Both the position numbers and the translations under genes were made by a program. This document shows positions 28,473 to 37,986 of a stretch of 64,000 nucleotides of DNA, one piece after another. Origin of the DNA: an uncultured Draconibacterium sp. (GTDB lineage Bacteria; Bacteroidota; Bacteroidia; Bacteroidales; Prolixibacteraceae); the NCBI RefSeq assembly GCF_963675065.2, contig NZ_CAXXLR010000001.1:56550-120549 (forward strand), read 5' to 3'. Each line of letters opens with the position of its first letter. Position 1 is the first letter of the stretch. The notes beneath the pieces were generated by a model. That model was not told where the DNA came from. It did not search any database and saw only the letters and a program-made list of their open reading frames with translations.

Positions 28473-29291
28473 ATGAAAAAATCAATTCACACGCTTACTT
28501 TATTAATCCTGGTTGCTGGATTATTATTGACGTCATGCGTATCCAATAAGAAATTTATGGCTTCAGAAGCCCGGGGAGTTAAACTGCAAAAAGAGAATGC
28601 ACTAGCACTCAATAAACTAAACGAAAGCAACATGCTTCTGATGGATGTAGAGAATGAAAAAGAAATTATGCAACAGAAGAACGAAATGATGCAAAAGGAA
28701 TATGCGACGATTCAGAAAAATCTGATGATGCGTTCTTCAGAATCAAAAATGACCATTGCTGAACAGGCCCGGCGACTAAACGATCTTCAGAATATTATTG
28801 ATGCCCAGACTGAAATAACTACCCGGTTAAAAAATTCGATAGGCAATGCATTGAAGAATTATAAAACCGACGAATTGAATGTTTACATGCTGAATGGAAA
28901 CGTACATGTATCGCTGGCAGAAAAGCTGCTCTTTAAATCGGGAAGCGATGTGGTGGATTCAAAAGGAAAAGCAGCACTTAAATCGCTTGCCACTGTTTTA
29001 AACAGTTCTGAAGATTTCACCGTTGCCATTGTAGGCCATACCGATGATGTTCCGATTAAAACAAAAATATTCGAAGATAATTGGGATCTTAGCACTGCAA
29101 GAGCAACATCTATCGTTCGGATTCTTACCATTGATAATGGTTTTGATTCATCGCGAATCACTGCTTCAGGAAAAAGTGAGTTTCATCCGATAAGTGCAAA
29201 TTCATCTACCGAAGGACGCGCTGATAATCGAAGAACAGAAGTTATTCTTTCGCCTGATTTACAGGAAATATATAAGCTTTTGTATCAATAA
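28473..29291 (+). CDS. OmpA/MotB-family lipoprotein with coiled coil
   Basis: Lipobox LTSC; GHTDDVP, NWDLSTARA, NRRTE. Confidence 0.88.
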   Translation: MKKSIHTLTLLILVAGLLLTSCVSNKKFMASEARGVKLQKENALALNKLNESNMLLMDVENEKEIMQQKNEMMQKEYATIQKNLMMRSSESKMTIAEQARRLNDLQNIIDAQTEITTRLKNSIGNALKNYKTDELNVYMLNGNVHVSLAEKLLFKSGSDVVDSKGKAALKSLATVLNSSEDFTVAIVGHTDDVPIKTKIFEDNWDLSTARATSIVRILTIDNGFDSSRITASGKSEFHPISANSSTEGRADNRRTEVILSPDLQEIYKLLYQ

Positions 29292-29318
29292 TTGACTTTG
29301 TTGATTTGAAAGCTAAAT

Positions 29319-29350
29319 CACCGCGCATTGTAAAAAATGTGCGGTTTTAT
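29319..29350 (+). terminator. Probable intrinsic terminator
   Basis: ccgcgcatt...aatgtgcgg followed by T-rich tract. Confidence 0.55.
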
Positions 29351-29527
29351 TTTGCTTTAAAATCTAACTGAATATGATGTGAAGAGGTTTGTTTTTTGTT
29401 AGGAGAAATTAATGGTCGGATTAAACAGGGACTTTGAGTTTCCTTACACAAAGTTTTTTATTTTGTTTTTATTCAGGTTAAAGAATCATGGATTTGGGAA
29501 AGTTCATGTTCTGCTTATCAAACCAAA

Positions 29528-29566
29528 AATGTGTGAATGATGTAAATTTTTTCAAGAATAGCGTAA
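29528..29566 (+). promoter_or_regulatory. Repeat box #10 (upstream of CsbD-like and AraC genes)
   Basis: AATGTGTGAA TGATGTAA N13 TAGCGTAA; TAATTTTA at 29589. Confidence 0.8.
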
Positions 29567-29634
29567 CATTTTAAAAATTCGAATGGTTTAATTTTATATT
29601 GGATTACTGGCATCTGATTAAAAAGAATAAAAAA

Positions 29635-29817
29635 ATGTACAACAATGCGATGGGTTACTGGAACGGAAAAAAAGAAAAAATTAAACAAAAATATCCGCTT
29701 ATTACCGATGAAGACTTGAATTTTCGCGAAGGAAAGGAAGTAGAAATGATAGAGATGCTGGGGTACAAACTTGGAATGTCGATTGAAGAAATGCGTTGTA
29801 TAATTGCCGACTTGTAA
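29635..29817 (+). CDS. CsbD-like general stress protein
   Basis: GYWNGKKEKIKQKYPLITDEDL..EGKE.EM...LGYKLG; probable ATG at 29635. Confidence 0.8.
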   Translation: MYNNAMGYWNGKKEKIKQKYPLITDEDLNFREGKEVEMIEMLGYKLGMSIEEMRCIIADL

Positions 29818-29884
29818 AACATTTCGTTGTGCTTTGTAAGCGAAAAGAGTTGCTTTGATGAATTAAGTAATAATATGGATACTG

Positions 29885-30442
29885 ATGATACTGAAAATTA
29901 AAAATATGGAAAGCAGCCGGTGTAAAACATTGGTAAAGCAGGAAATGACCAGGCTTGGCTTTCATGAAATTTCAGTAGAACTGGGCGAAGTAGAATTTGA
30001 AGGCGATATCTCAAATGAAGAGTTACAGTTATTCGATTCGGCCCTTAAAAATTTGGGCCTTGAAATACTGGTGGATAAAAGGAGCCGACTTATTGCAAAA
30101 ATTAAAGATGCTGTTGATCAGTTGGTCTACCTCACCGACGATCTCCCAAGGCCAAACTATTCCGAGTACATCAGCCAAAAGGTAAATCTTAGTTACAGTT
30201 CGCTTAGCAATGTCTTTTCAGCAATGGAAAACACCACCATTGAAAAGTATATTATTGCACAACGAATTGAACGGGTGAAAGAGCTGCTTATCTATTCCGA
30301 TCTTAGCCTCAGCGACATTGCTTTCAAAATGCATTTTAGTAGTGTGGCTCATTTATCCAACCAGTTTAAGAAAGTTACCGGTTTAACCCCTTCCTTTTTC
30401 AGGAAAAACAGAATTAACAATAACGAAACGAATGATAATTGA
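29885..30442 (+). CDS. AraC-family regulator with HMA-like N-terminus (SxxC variant)
   Basis: KIKNMESSRC N-terminus; LSLSDIAFKMHFSSVAHLSNQFKKVTGLTP AraC HTH. Confidence 0.9.
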   Translation: MILKIKNMESSRCKTLVKQEMTRLGFHEISVELGEVEFEGDISNEELQLFDSALKNLGLEILVDKRSRLIAKIKDAVDQLVYLTDDLPRPNYSEYISQKVNLSYSSLSNVFSAMENTTIEKYIIAQRIERVKELLIYSDLSLSDIAFKMHFSSVAHLSNQFKKVTGLTPSFFRKNRINNNETNDN

Positions 30443-30475
30443 AAAGGCCGTCGTTGTTAATAACGACAGCCTTTT
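30442..30475. terminator. Bidirectional intrinsic terminator
   Basis: aaaaggccgtcgtt...aacgacagcctttt between convergent genes. Confidence 0.75.
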
Positions 30476-30502
30476 GTGAATTGATTGATTGCTGATATTC
30501 TG

Positions 30503-31120
30503 TTAAAACCGGTATCCAAGCGATAGCCCGTATCCGGTATTTCTAAGCGTTTTTTCACTGTTTGAAGTATCATCCGGATAAATGTTCATCATCCCCATTT
30601 GTGTATTTAATTGCACAAATAATCCTCCTGCCATTTCATATCCGAAGAAAAGATTGCCCCCCGCATCGAACGGTTTAAAAGTTCTGTCCGGATTGCCTGA
30701 CCCCAGGTCTTTACTAAATTCAATATCTTCTCCCCCGATTCCGTACGCCAGGTAAGGCCCAAATCCAAGCATAAAATAGCCATTCCCTAACAGGGCTTTG
30801 TATACAAAATTCAACGGCAATTCAACATACGATAGTTTATAAGTAACGCCTGAAGTTTTTGCGCCTTTTGTGCTAAAAAGCAAACCCGGCTGAAAATAAA
30901 ACTGAGGCGCAACGGGCAATTGAACATTTGCACCGACGTGAAAACCAACAAGCATATCATTTTTTAGTTTGTCGCCACTGGCATCTTTCCCGTTCAGATT
31001 CTGAAGATTTACGCCTCCCAAAATGGCAAATGCTGTTTTTGAATTATCGGTGCCCTGAGCAAAAACCAGGGAAGCGGATAGCATTAATACCATTGCGATG
31101 AAAATAAATTTTGTCTTCAT
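30503..31120 (-). CDS. Outer-membrane beta-barrel protein (porin family)
   Basis: Signal peptide; QPGLLFSTKG, LSYVELP; terminal GYRF. Confidence 0.85.
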   Translation of the reverse strand: MKTKFIFIAMVLMLSASLVFAQGTDNSKTAFAILGGVNLQNLNGKDASGDKLKNDMLVGFHVGANVQLPVAPQFYFQPGLLFSTKGAKTSGVTYKLSYVELPLNFVYKALLGNGYFMLGFGPYLAYGIGGEDIEFSKDLGSGNPDRTFKPFDAGGNLFFGYEMAGGLFVQLNTQMGMMNIYPDDTSNSEKTLRNTGYGLSLGYRF

Positions 31121-31148
31121 AATAAATAATTTTAAGTGAGTTTATGGA

Positions 31149-31820
31149 TTAATCAACTGAATTTTGCTGGGCTTCTGCTTTCATCTTCTCGTTGGCAGTA
31201 ATCAAAAATTCAACCCGCCGGTTTTGTGTCTGGCCGTTTGCCGAATCGTTGGAATATTTTGGCAGATTTTCGCCAAAACCTTTAATGCTTAAACGATCAT
31301 TGGCAATACCTTTACCCGACAGGTAACCGGAAACAGCACCGGCTCGTTGTTCCGATAAAGTTTGGTTATACGCTTCACTCCCTTTATCGTCGGTATGTCC
31401 CTGAACTTCAATATCGGTATCCGGATAACTATTCAATACCAGAACCAGTTTGTCCAGGTTTGTTTTTGCATCATTTGACAGGTTTGATTTATCAAAGGCA
31501 AACAGCACGTTGCTGCTAAATTCAACCACAATACCTTCTCCCACGCGTTCAACTTTTGCATCGGGTACAGTATTTTTAATTTCTTCTGCCTGCTTATCCA
31601 TCTGCCGACCAATTACAGCGCCCGAAGCGCCACCCACTGCGGCACCAATTATTGCACCCAGTGCAGTATTGCCTGAAGTCCGGCCAATTACAGCGCCAGC
31701 CGTACCACCGGCTGCAGTTCCTATTACTGCACCTTTCTGTGTTTTGTTCCATGTTGCACAGCCCATAAAAATAAAGGCTGAACTTAATACGATTAGAAAA
31801 CTAATTTTTAGCTTAATCAT
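31149..31820 (-). CDS. OmpA-family lipoprotein with glycine zipper
   Basis: Lipobox FMGC, glycine zipper, GHTD..G...NQ.LS..RA, NRRVE; probable ATG at 31820. Confidence 0.9.
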   Translation of the reverse strand: MIKLKISFLIVLSSAFIFMGCATWNKTQKGAVIGTAAGGTAGAVIGRTSGNTALGAIIGAAVGGASGAVIGRQMDKQAEEIKNTVPDAKVERVGEGIVVEFSSNVLFAFDKSNLSNDAKTNLDKLVLVLNSYPDTDIEVQGHTDDKGSEAYNQTLSEQRAGAVSGYLSGKGIANDRLSIKGFGENLPKYSNDSANGQTQNRRVEFLITANEKMKAEAQQNSVD

Positions 31821-31880
31821 TTTTGTAGTTTTAATTGTTAAAAACATTTATTTAATTCGGAAGAGAATGTCAGTTGGGCA

Positions 31881-32048
31881 TCAAATTTTAAAATCTTCCA
31901 ATGCATTCATTCCATATCGCTCAGGGCTTTTATTTCGTGAATTTTGAATTTGCGTTAGTTGATCTCTAAGTATCAAGACATCTTGCTCTCCAACGGCCTG
32001 CCACACATCTTTGTAGCGCTTATTCTTCGCCTTTATTTTTAATCCCAT
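31881..32048 (-). CDS. Possible 55-aa small protein behind box #11
   Basis: MGLKIKAKNKRYKDVWQAVGEQDVLILRDQLTQIQNSRNKSPERYGMNALEDFKI*; ATG at a distance from the -7 similar to other box genes. Confidence 0.35.
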   Translation of the reverse strand: MGLKIKAKNKRYKDVWQAVGEQDVLILRDQLTQIQNSRNKSPERYGMNALEDFKI

Positions 32049-32121
32049 CGCTTGTACTTTTCCTTTATTAACAGCTTGTTATAAAATCAATTAAAGTTAG
32101 GTGGGTTTTTCTGGTGAGGTG

Positions 32122-32160
32122 TTACATAACTTTCAAGAACTGTTACATCATTCACACATT
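32122..32160 (-). promoter_or_regulatory. Repeat box #11 (divergent from #12)
   Basis: Reverse complement AATGTGTGAA TGATGTAA N13 TTATGTAA; TAACTTTA at 32099-32092. Confidence 0.85.
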
Positions 32161-32323
32161 ATGCAGGTGTTTGGAATGAATTGAAACCATTGATAATAAG
32201 ATTTTCTTGCATTATCCTGATAGTACCTCAAAAACCAGAGAAAGTTTCTGACTAAAAAATAGCTAAAGCTGTGTGTTATTTTATAGGCGAACTCAGGTTA
32301 TTACAACCCGGTCGCATGTGAAA

Positions 32324-32362
32324 AAAGTGTGAATTATGTAAATTTTTATCAGATTTGTGTAA
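32324..32362 (+). promoter_or_regulatory. Repeat box #12
   Basis: AAAGTGTGAA TTATGTAA N13 TTGTGTAA; TATTTTAG at 32385. Confidence 0.8.
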
Positions 32363-32415
32363 CAAACCTCTACCCGGTGTTTCTTATTTTAGCACTTAAA
32401 TCATTCCGAAAATTG

Positions 32416-32586
32416 ATGAATGGAAATACGCTTTTAAAGGGAATGACTTTTTATACGATTATTATCGCTGTGATCATAATCATGGTTTATCTGCTGCCTG
32501 ACGGTAAAAATTGGATGGTGGGCCCAATGTATGATCAGGGAAATAACAGACATAATCTGATGGGAATGGGCTCAAATCATAATTAG
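32416..32586 (+). CDS. Small single-TM protein
   Basis: MNGNTLLKGMTFYTIIIAVIIIMVYLLP...; probable ATG at 32416 downstream of box #12. Confidence 0.5.
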   Translation: MNGNTLLKGMTFYTIIIAVIIIMVYLLPDGKNWMVGPMYDQGNNRHNLMGMGSNHN

Positions 32587-32770
32587 TCTGGAATAGTAAA
32601 TCTAATAAGGGAATGCGTATATTTATATATAGTTTTATGGGGAAGAGCATCTTTCATATTATTCATACTTCGGCAATAAATTGCGCGACGATAATGTCAG
32701 GCCTCTGATATTCTGTTTTGCAGGCAGTTGAGGGTTAATTCGTAGTAAATAAATTATAAAAGGTTAAAAT

Positions 32771-35677
32771 TTGAAAATCAAAAAAGTAAAACCGGTTGTT
32801 TCATCGCATGACAAAAAGCCCGTGAAGTTTCCAATAATTGGAATCGGAGCATCGGCCGGTGGTTTGGAAGCTTTGGAACAATTGCTTAGTAATGTGCCTG
32901 AAAATAGTGGAATGGCGTTTATTGTCATTCAACATTTAGATCCAACACATAAAGGAATGCTTCCTGAATTGCTTCAACGCATTTCCAGGATAAAGGTATA
33001 CCAGGCAAAAGACAAAATGAAAGTGAATCCCAACTGTATTTATGTGATTCCACCCAACAAAAGCATGTCGATTTTAAAAAGCACGCTTTATCTATTCGAC
33101 CCCGTTGAAGCACGGGGAATGCGTCTACCCATCGATTTTTTCCTGCATTCGCTCGCCGATGATCAAAAAGAATTTGCTGTAGGTATTATTCTTTCGGGCA
33201 TGGGTTCTGATGGTAGTGTCGGAATTGGTGCCATCAAAGAAAAAAACGGAATTGTAATGGTACAGGAACCTGAAACCGCAAAATTCGACAGTATGCCGCG
33301 TAATGCCATTAATTCCGGGTTGGTTGATGTTGTTGCTCCTCCTAAAGAAATCCATTTAAAATTAGTTGAATTTCTTGAACAGGTAACTCTTGTACAAACA
33401 GATAAAGCTTTTGGAGAGAAAAACAAAAGTGCGCTGGATAAAATAATTATTTTACTCCGCACACATACCGGGAACGATTTTTTGCTCTACAAAAAGAACA
33501 CGGTTTACCGACGTATCGAAAGACGAATGGGTGTGCATAAAATTGGTCAAATCAATTCGTACGTTCATTTTTTGCAGGAAAACCCGGAAGAAGTGCATAT
33601 TCTGTTTAAAGAGCTGATGATTGGTGTTACCAATTTTTTTCGCGATCCCCTGGTTTGGAAAGAATTAAAGAAAACCGTTATTCCGCCAAAGATTGATAAA
33701 AAACAATCGGCCTCAACAATCAGGGCATGGATACCCGGCTGTTCTACTGGCGAGGAGGCTTATTCGCTGGCCATTGTATTTAAGGAAGTGTTGGAAGAAA
33801 TTAATCCGCACGGAGGATTCTCATTGCAGGTATTTGCAACCGATCTTGACAACGACGCCATTGAAAAGGCAAGAAAAGGAATATTTCCGGTAAATATAGA
33901 AGCGGATGTCTCGCCAAAACGCCTGAGCCGTTTTTTCTCCAAAACGGAGGATGGTTATTTGATAAATAAAGAGATCAGGGAATCCATAATATTTGCACAG
34001 CACAATATTATCATGCATCCGCCTTTTACCAACATCGATTTTATTTCGTGCCGGAACCTGCTTATTTATTTGGATCCCGAGTTGCAAAAGAAATTGCTGG
34101 GATTGTTTTATTACAGCTTGAATCCGGAAGGAATTTTGCTGCTGGGAAATTCAGAAACACTGGGTTCACAAAGCCATCTTTTCACACCCGAAAATTCAAG
34201 TCTAAAAATATACAAACGCGGTAATGCCAACCTGTATCCCGAATTGTTTGATTTCCCTTCTTCTTTTTCAAGGCCAAAACTAACCATTTACGAAAACAAA
34301 GTACCCGATAAACCCATTATGAATATTCAATCACTTGTTGATCAATTATTATTGAAGCAATTTTCACCTCCCAGTGTTTTGGTAAACGAAAACGGCGACA
34401 TTCTTTACATCAGCGGACGAACAGGGAAATATTTGGAACCTGCCGTAGGAAAGGCAAACCTGAATATTTTTGCCATGTTGCGCCCGGGATTTCAGAATGA
34501 TTTTGCCATTGCTTTCCGCAAAGTTGTAACAAAAAAGGAAACGGTGATTTTGCACAAGGTAAAAATTGGTACAAACGGAAGTACAATCACTTTAAATGTT
34601 ACAATTCAATGGGTGAATAAACCTGAAGCGTTATATGGGAAAATATTGATAATTTTTGCAGATGTTGCCAGGTCTTCTGAGCAGGTTTCACATCCTGATG
34701 AAGGAAAACATGCAGTCGGTTCTGCCAGGGAAAAAGAATTGGAAGAAGAATTGGAGCATACCCGTGAGGAAGTGCAGAACATTACGGAAGAAATGCAGAC
34801 TTCGCAGGAAGAGTTGAAATCAACCAATGAAGAATTACAATCAACCAACGAAGAACTGCAATCAACCAACGAGGAACTAACCACTTCGAAAGAAGAGATG
34901 CAAAGCCTGAACGAGGAGTTACAAACCGTAAATGCTGAACTGCAGTCGAAAGTAGATGATTACTCGCGGGTAAATAACGACATGAAAAATTTGCTAAACA
35001 GCACCGATATTGCCACCTTATTTCTCGATAAGGAGCTAAATATTCGTCGGTTTACAAACCAGGCAACCAAAATTTTCAAGCTTATAAAAAGCGACATCGG
35101 ACGTCCGTTTACCGACCAGGTTTCCCAACTCATTTACCCGGATTTGGCAGAAGATGCCCTTGAAGTTTTGCGAACACTTATTTTTATCGAGAAACAAATC
35201 CCAACAAAAGACGGCAGGTGGTTTTCAACACGCATAATGCCCTATCGCACTTTCGACGACAGAATTGATGGATTGGTCATCACTTTTATTAATGTCTCAG
35301 ATTTAATGCTGACGGAAGAAAAACTAAATGAAACCGACCAGTTCAACCGTCTCCTACTTGAGCAACATCCCGATGTAATCATCAAATTATCTGCCGATTG
35401 GAAAATACTGGACTTTAATTCAGCCGCGGAACAAGTTTTTGGGAAAAAGTGCGAATATGTGATAAATAAAAATTATTTGGAATTGTTTGTTCCTGAACCT
35501 GAAAGGGATAAAACGAAACAACAAATGGACAAGCTGTTGAAAAAGCCTGATAAGACTAAAATAAAGATGAAGGCAATTGGTGCAAACGGTGTTGAAATGG
35601 AAATCAACTGGACGGCTAATGTCCTTCATAATAAACTGAATTTACCAATGGTTGTTATTATTACTACAAAAAAATGA
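32771..35677 (+). CDS. CheB-CheR-coiled coil-PAS-PAS fusion protein
   Basis: CheB triad in GASAGG, IQHL, LSGMGSDG; CheR PGCSTGEE, ATDLD, CRNLLIY; (STNEELQ)n coil; PAS domains; TTG start. Confidence 0.92.
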   Translation: MKIKKVKPVVSSHDKKPVKFPIIGIGASAGGLEALEQLLSNVPENSGMAFIVIQHLDPTHKGMLPELLQRISRIKVYQAKDKMKVNPNCIYVIPPNKSMSILKSTLYLFDPVEARGMRLPIDFFLHSLADDQKEFAVGIILSGMGSDGSVGIGAIKEKNGIVMVQEPETAKFDSMPRNAINSGLVDVVAPPKEIHLKLVEFLEQVTLVQTDKAFGEKNKSALDKIIILLRTHTGNDFLLYKKNTVYRRIERRMGVHKIGQINSYVHFLQENPEEVHILFKELMIGVTNFFRDPLVWKELKKTVIPPKIDKKQSASTIRAWIPGCSTGEEAYSLAIVFKEVLEEINPHGGFSLQVFATDLDNDAIEKARKGIFPVNIEADVSPKRLSRFFSKTEDGYLINKEIRESIIFAQHNIIMHPPFTNIDFISCRNLLIYLDPELQKKLLGLFYYSLNPEGILLLGNSETLGSQSHLFTPENSSLKIYKRGNANLYPELFDFPSSFSRPKLTIYENKVPDKPIMNIQSLVDQLLLKQFSPPSVLVNENGDILYISGRTGKYLEPAVGKANLNIFAMLRPGFQNDFAIAFRKVVTKKETVILHKVKIGTNGSTITLNVTIQWVNKPEALYGKILIIFADVARSSEQVSHPDEGKHAVGSAREKELEEELEHTREEVQNITEEMQTSQEELKSTNEELQSTNEELQSTNEELTTSKEEMQSLNEELQTVNAELQSKVDDYSRVNNDMKNLLNSTDIATLFLDKELNIRRFTNQATKIFKLIKSDIGRPFTDQVSQLIYPDLAEDALEVLRTLIFIEKQIPTKDGRWFSTRIMPYRTFDDRIDGLVITFINVSDLMLTEEKLNETDQFNRLLLEQHPDVIIKLSADWKILDFNSAAEQVFGKKCEYVINKNYLELFVPEPERDKTKQQMDKLLKKPDKTKIKMKAIGANGVEMEINWTANVLHNKLNLPMVVIITTKK

Positions 35678-35681
35678 AGTC

Positions 35682-36230
35682 ATGGATCGATTAGAAATGG
35701 ATTATACAAATGCCGAAATGTTGCGTAAAAAAGCGGAAGAACTGCTCAAAGACAAACAACAGAAAGAGAACTTCATTAAGGAAGAAACCGATATGAAAAA
35801 ACTCCTGCATGAATTGCAGGTACACCAGATAGAACTGGAAATGCAAAACGAGGAATTACGTCAGGCCTATGAAACTGCGGAAACAGCACTAAAAAAATAT
35901 ACCATGCTGTTCGACCTCTCCCCCATGGGCTATTTTACGCTCGATTCAGATGGAACCATTTGCGAGCTGAATTTCAGGGGTGCAGAAATGCTCGGAGAAC
36001 GACGTTTTAGTTTGATAAACAGCAATTTTAAACTGTTTATTTCAGAAGATTCGAAGCCGGTTTTTAATAATTTTTTTAGAAAAATTTACTCCACCAATGC
36101 AAATGAATCGTGCGAAGTGTTACTGGGCTATGATAAAAAACCTTTGTGCCCGGTGTATATGGAAGGAGTTGTGACTGAAGAGGATCAGAAATGCCTTTTG
36201 TCGGTGGTGAATATTTCAAAATTTAAATAA
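35682..36230 (+). CDS. Stand-alone coiled-coil/PAS protein
   Basis: LLHELQVHQIELEMQNEEL..YTMLFDLSP.GY, homologous to the N-terminus of the 22818 kinase; probable ATG at 35682. Confidence 0.8.
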   Translation: MDRLEMDYTNAEMLRKKAEELLKDKQQKENFIKEETDMKKLLHELQVHQIELEMQNEELRQAYETAETALKKYTMLFDLSPMGYFTLDSDGTICELNFRGAEMLGERRFSLINSNFKLFISEDSKPVFNNFFRKIYSTNANESCEVLLGYDKKPLCPVYMEGVVTEEDQKCLLSVVNISKFK

Positions 36231-36323
36231 GCTTGCGAATACCCCTTCTGTAGGCAGGCATCTGGTACCAATAAAATCCATCGTCCTAAAATATTAGCTA
36301 TCAGACTATAATAGTAGTAAATT

Positions 36324-36348
36324 CACTTTAAACACTACCTTTAGAAAG
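36324..36348 (+). promoter_or_regulatory. Promoter of GH130 copy 2
   Basis: cactttaaacactacctttagaaag; matches 2240-2264. Confidence 0.6.
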
Positions 36349-36366
36349 ATTAAATACAAAAAGTAA

Positions 36367-37839
36367 ATGCAGGTAGCCATAAACAGAAAGGACATAAAAT
36401 TTATGCCTGATTCATCGAGGGTAATTGCACGGTTTCTATACACCGGCGATGAACGGGCGCTAAATACCATTCGATCGGTACTTGGCATAACAGAAGTATC
36501 AGCATTAGAGGCGCTAAATCCCATTCTAAGGGACTACTCCATGCGTCATAGAAATATCTCTAAAATATTTGAAAAACACTTTAACAAAATTTCTCATCTG
36601 TTAAAACAGTTGAAAATTGATTCTGACACTCTCAGCGTATTTCAAAAAATACTGATTGGCTCCTACTTTACCATGGAATATTCAATTGAATCGGCAGCCT
36701 TTTTTAATCCGTCGATTATGGAGCATCCCGATCAGTCGGAGACGGGCACGGAAGAAAAAAGGGTTATTCTAAGTTTCAGGGCGACCGGAGAAGGACATAT
36801 TTCTTCTATTGTTTTCAGAACAGGAGTCCTGGATAAAAACAACAATCTTTCGATTGAACCGGTGGGCAAAATGCTGGAAGAAGCAAAGCATATCAGGAGG
36901 TATGTATATGAAAAAGATGCCTTCAAAAGCAAACTGAACGAGATGAAGGATTTTCACGCCATTATTCCTCCTGGTCTAATTCTGGATAAGTTGAACGATA
37001 CATTTACGTATGGAGAACTGCGCGATTGTATAAAAGAAGGTAGAAAATCATTGCATCTTGCAGCAGATAAAGAAATTCTGTTTAACCAGATTATCTGGCT
37101 GGCCTCGTCACATTACGAACTTGATTTCTCATTAGATACCAACATTTCGGAACGGGTAATTTTTCCGGTTTCGACAAATGAAAAAAATGGAATTGAAGAT
37201 GCACGTTTCGTAAAATTTGCTGATGATGACGGCAAAATGAATTATTATGCCACCTACACCGCATACGACGGCACCACCATTTTACCTAAAATGCTTGACA
37301 CAAGAGATTTTTACCATTTCAGGGTGTTGCCTCTTCATGGCGAGATTGCCCAAAACAAAGGAATGGCACTTTTCCCGCGCAAAGTGAACGGTAAATATGC
37401 CATGCTGTGCCGTTTGGATGGTTTCAACAATTACATCGCTTTTTCTGATAATATTTCAATTTGGCGCGAAGCAAAATTGTTGCAGCAGCCAAAATTTCCG
37501 TGGGAATTTATTCAAATCGGAAATGGAGGCTCTCCTATTGAAACACCGGAAGGTTGGCTGGTAATTACACACGGAGTAGGACCGATGCGCGAATATGTTC
37601 TCGGTGCATCGCTGTTCGATCTTCAAAATCCGGAAAAAGAGATTGGCCGGTTGAAATCGCCACTGCTAATACCTAATACCGAAGAGAGAGAAGGATACGT
37701 GCCCAATGTAGTTTATTCCTGCGGATCGATGATCAATAATGATGAGTTGATAATTCCATACGCCATGTCGGATTATGCATCTACTTATGCCACCGTTAAC
37801 CTTAGAGAACTTTTGAATGAGTTGAAGAATTCGAAATAA
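36367..37839 (+). CDS. Glycoside hydrolase family 130-like protein (copy 2)
   Basis: Colinear paralog of 2282-3751 with long identical peptide stretches. Confidence 0.85.
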   Translation: MQVAINRKDIKFMPDSSRVIARFLYTGDERALNTIRSVLGITEVSALEALNPILRDYSMRHRNISKIFEKHFNKISHLLKQLKIDSDTLSVFQKILIGSYFTMEYSIESAAFFNPSIMEHPDQSETGTEEKRVILSFRATGEGHISSIVFRTGVLDKNNNLSIEPVGKMLEEAKHIRRYVYEKDAFKSKLNEMKDFHAIIPPGLILDKLNDTFTYGELRDCIKEGRKSLHLAADKEILFNQIIWLASSHYELDFSLDTNISERVIFPVSTNEKNGIEDARFVKFADDDGKMNYYATYTAYDGTTILPKMLDTRDFYHFRVLPLHGEIAQNKGMALFPRKVNGKYAMLCRLDGFNNYIAFSDNISIWREAKLLQQPKFPWEFIQIGNGGSPIETPEGWLVITHGVGPMREYVLGASLFDLQNPEKEIGRLKSPLLIPNTEEREGYVPNVVYSCGSMINNDELIIPYAMSDYASTYATVNLRELLNELKNSK

Positions 37840-37859
37840 CCTCACTTTTCTGGCATAAA

Positions 37860-37898
37860 AATGTGTGAATGATGTAACTATTATCAAGAATTGTGTAA
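37860..37898 (+). promoter_or_regulatory. Repeat box #13
   Basis: AATGTGTGAA TGATGTAA N13 TTGTGTAA; GATATTTA at 37921. Confidence 0.88.
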
Positions 37899-37986
37899 CA
37901 TAACATTCATTAAAAAGCCTGATATTTAAAAATCTAGACAAATAGTTAATAAGCGGGTATTTGTTTAAATCCTTAAATTAAATGCT

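Noticed and set aside
28473-29291. MotB implying flagellar motility with CheB/CheR
   Set aside because: It is a lipoprotein OmpA/MotB peptidoglycan-binding protein; no flagellar, MCP or CheA genes are in the window.
34780-34960. Tandem STNEELQ DNA repeats
   Set aside because: Standard heptad coiled coil of CheB/CheR fusions.
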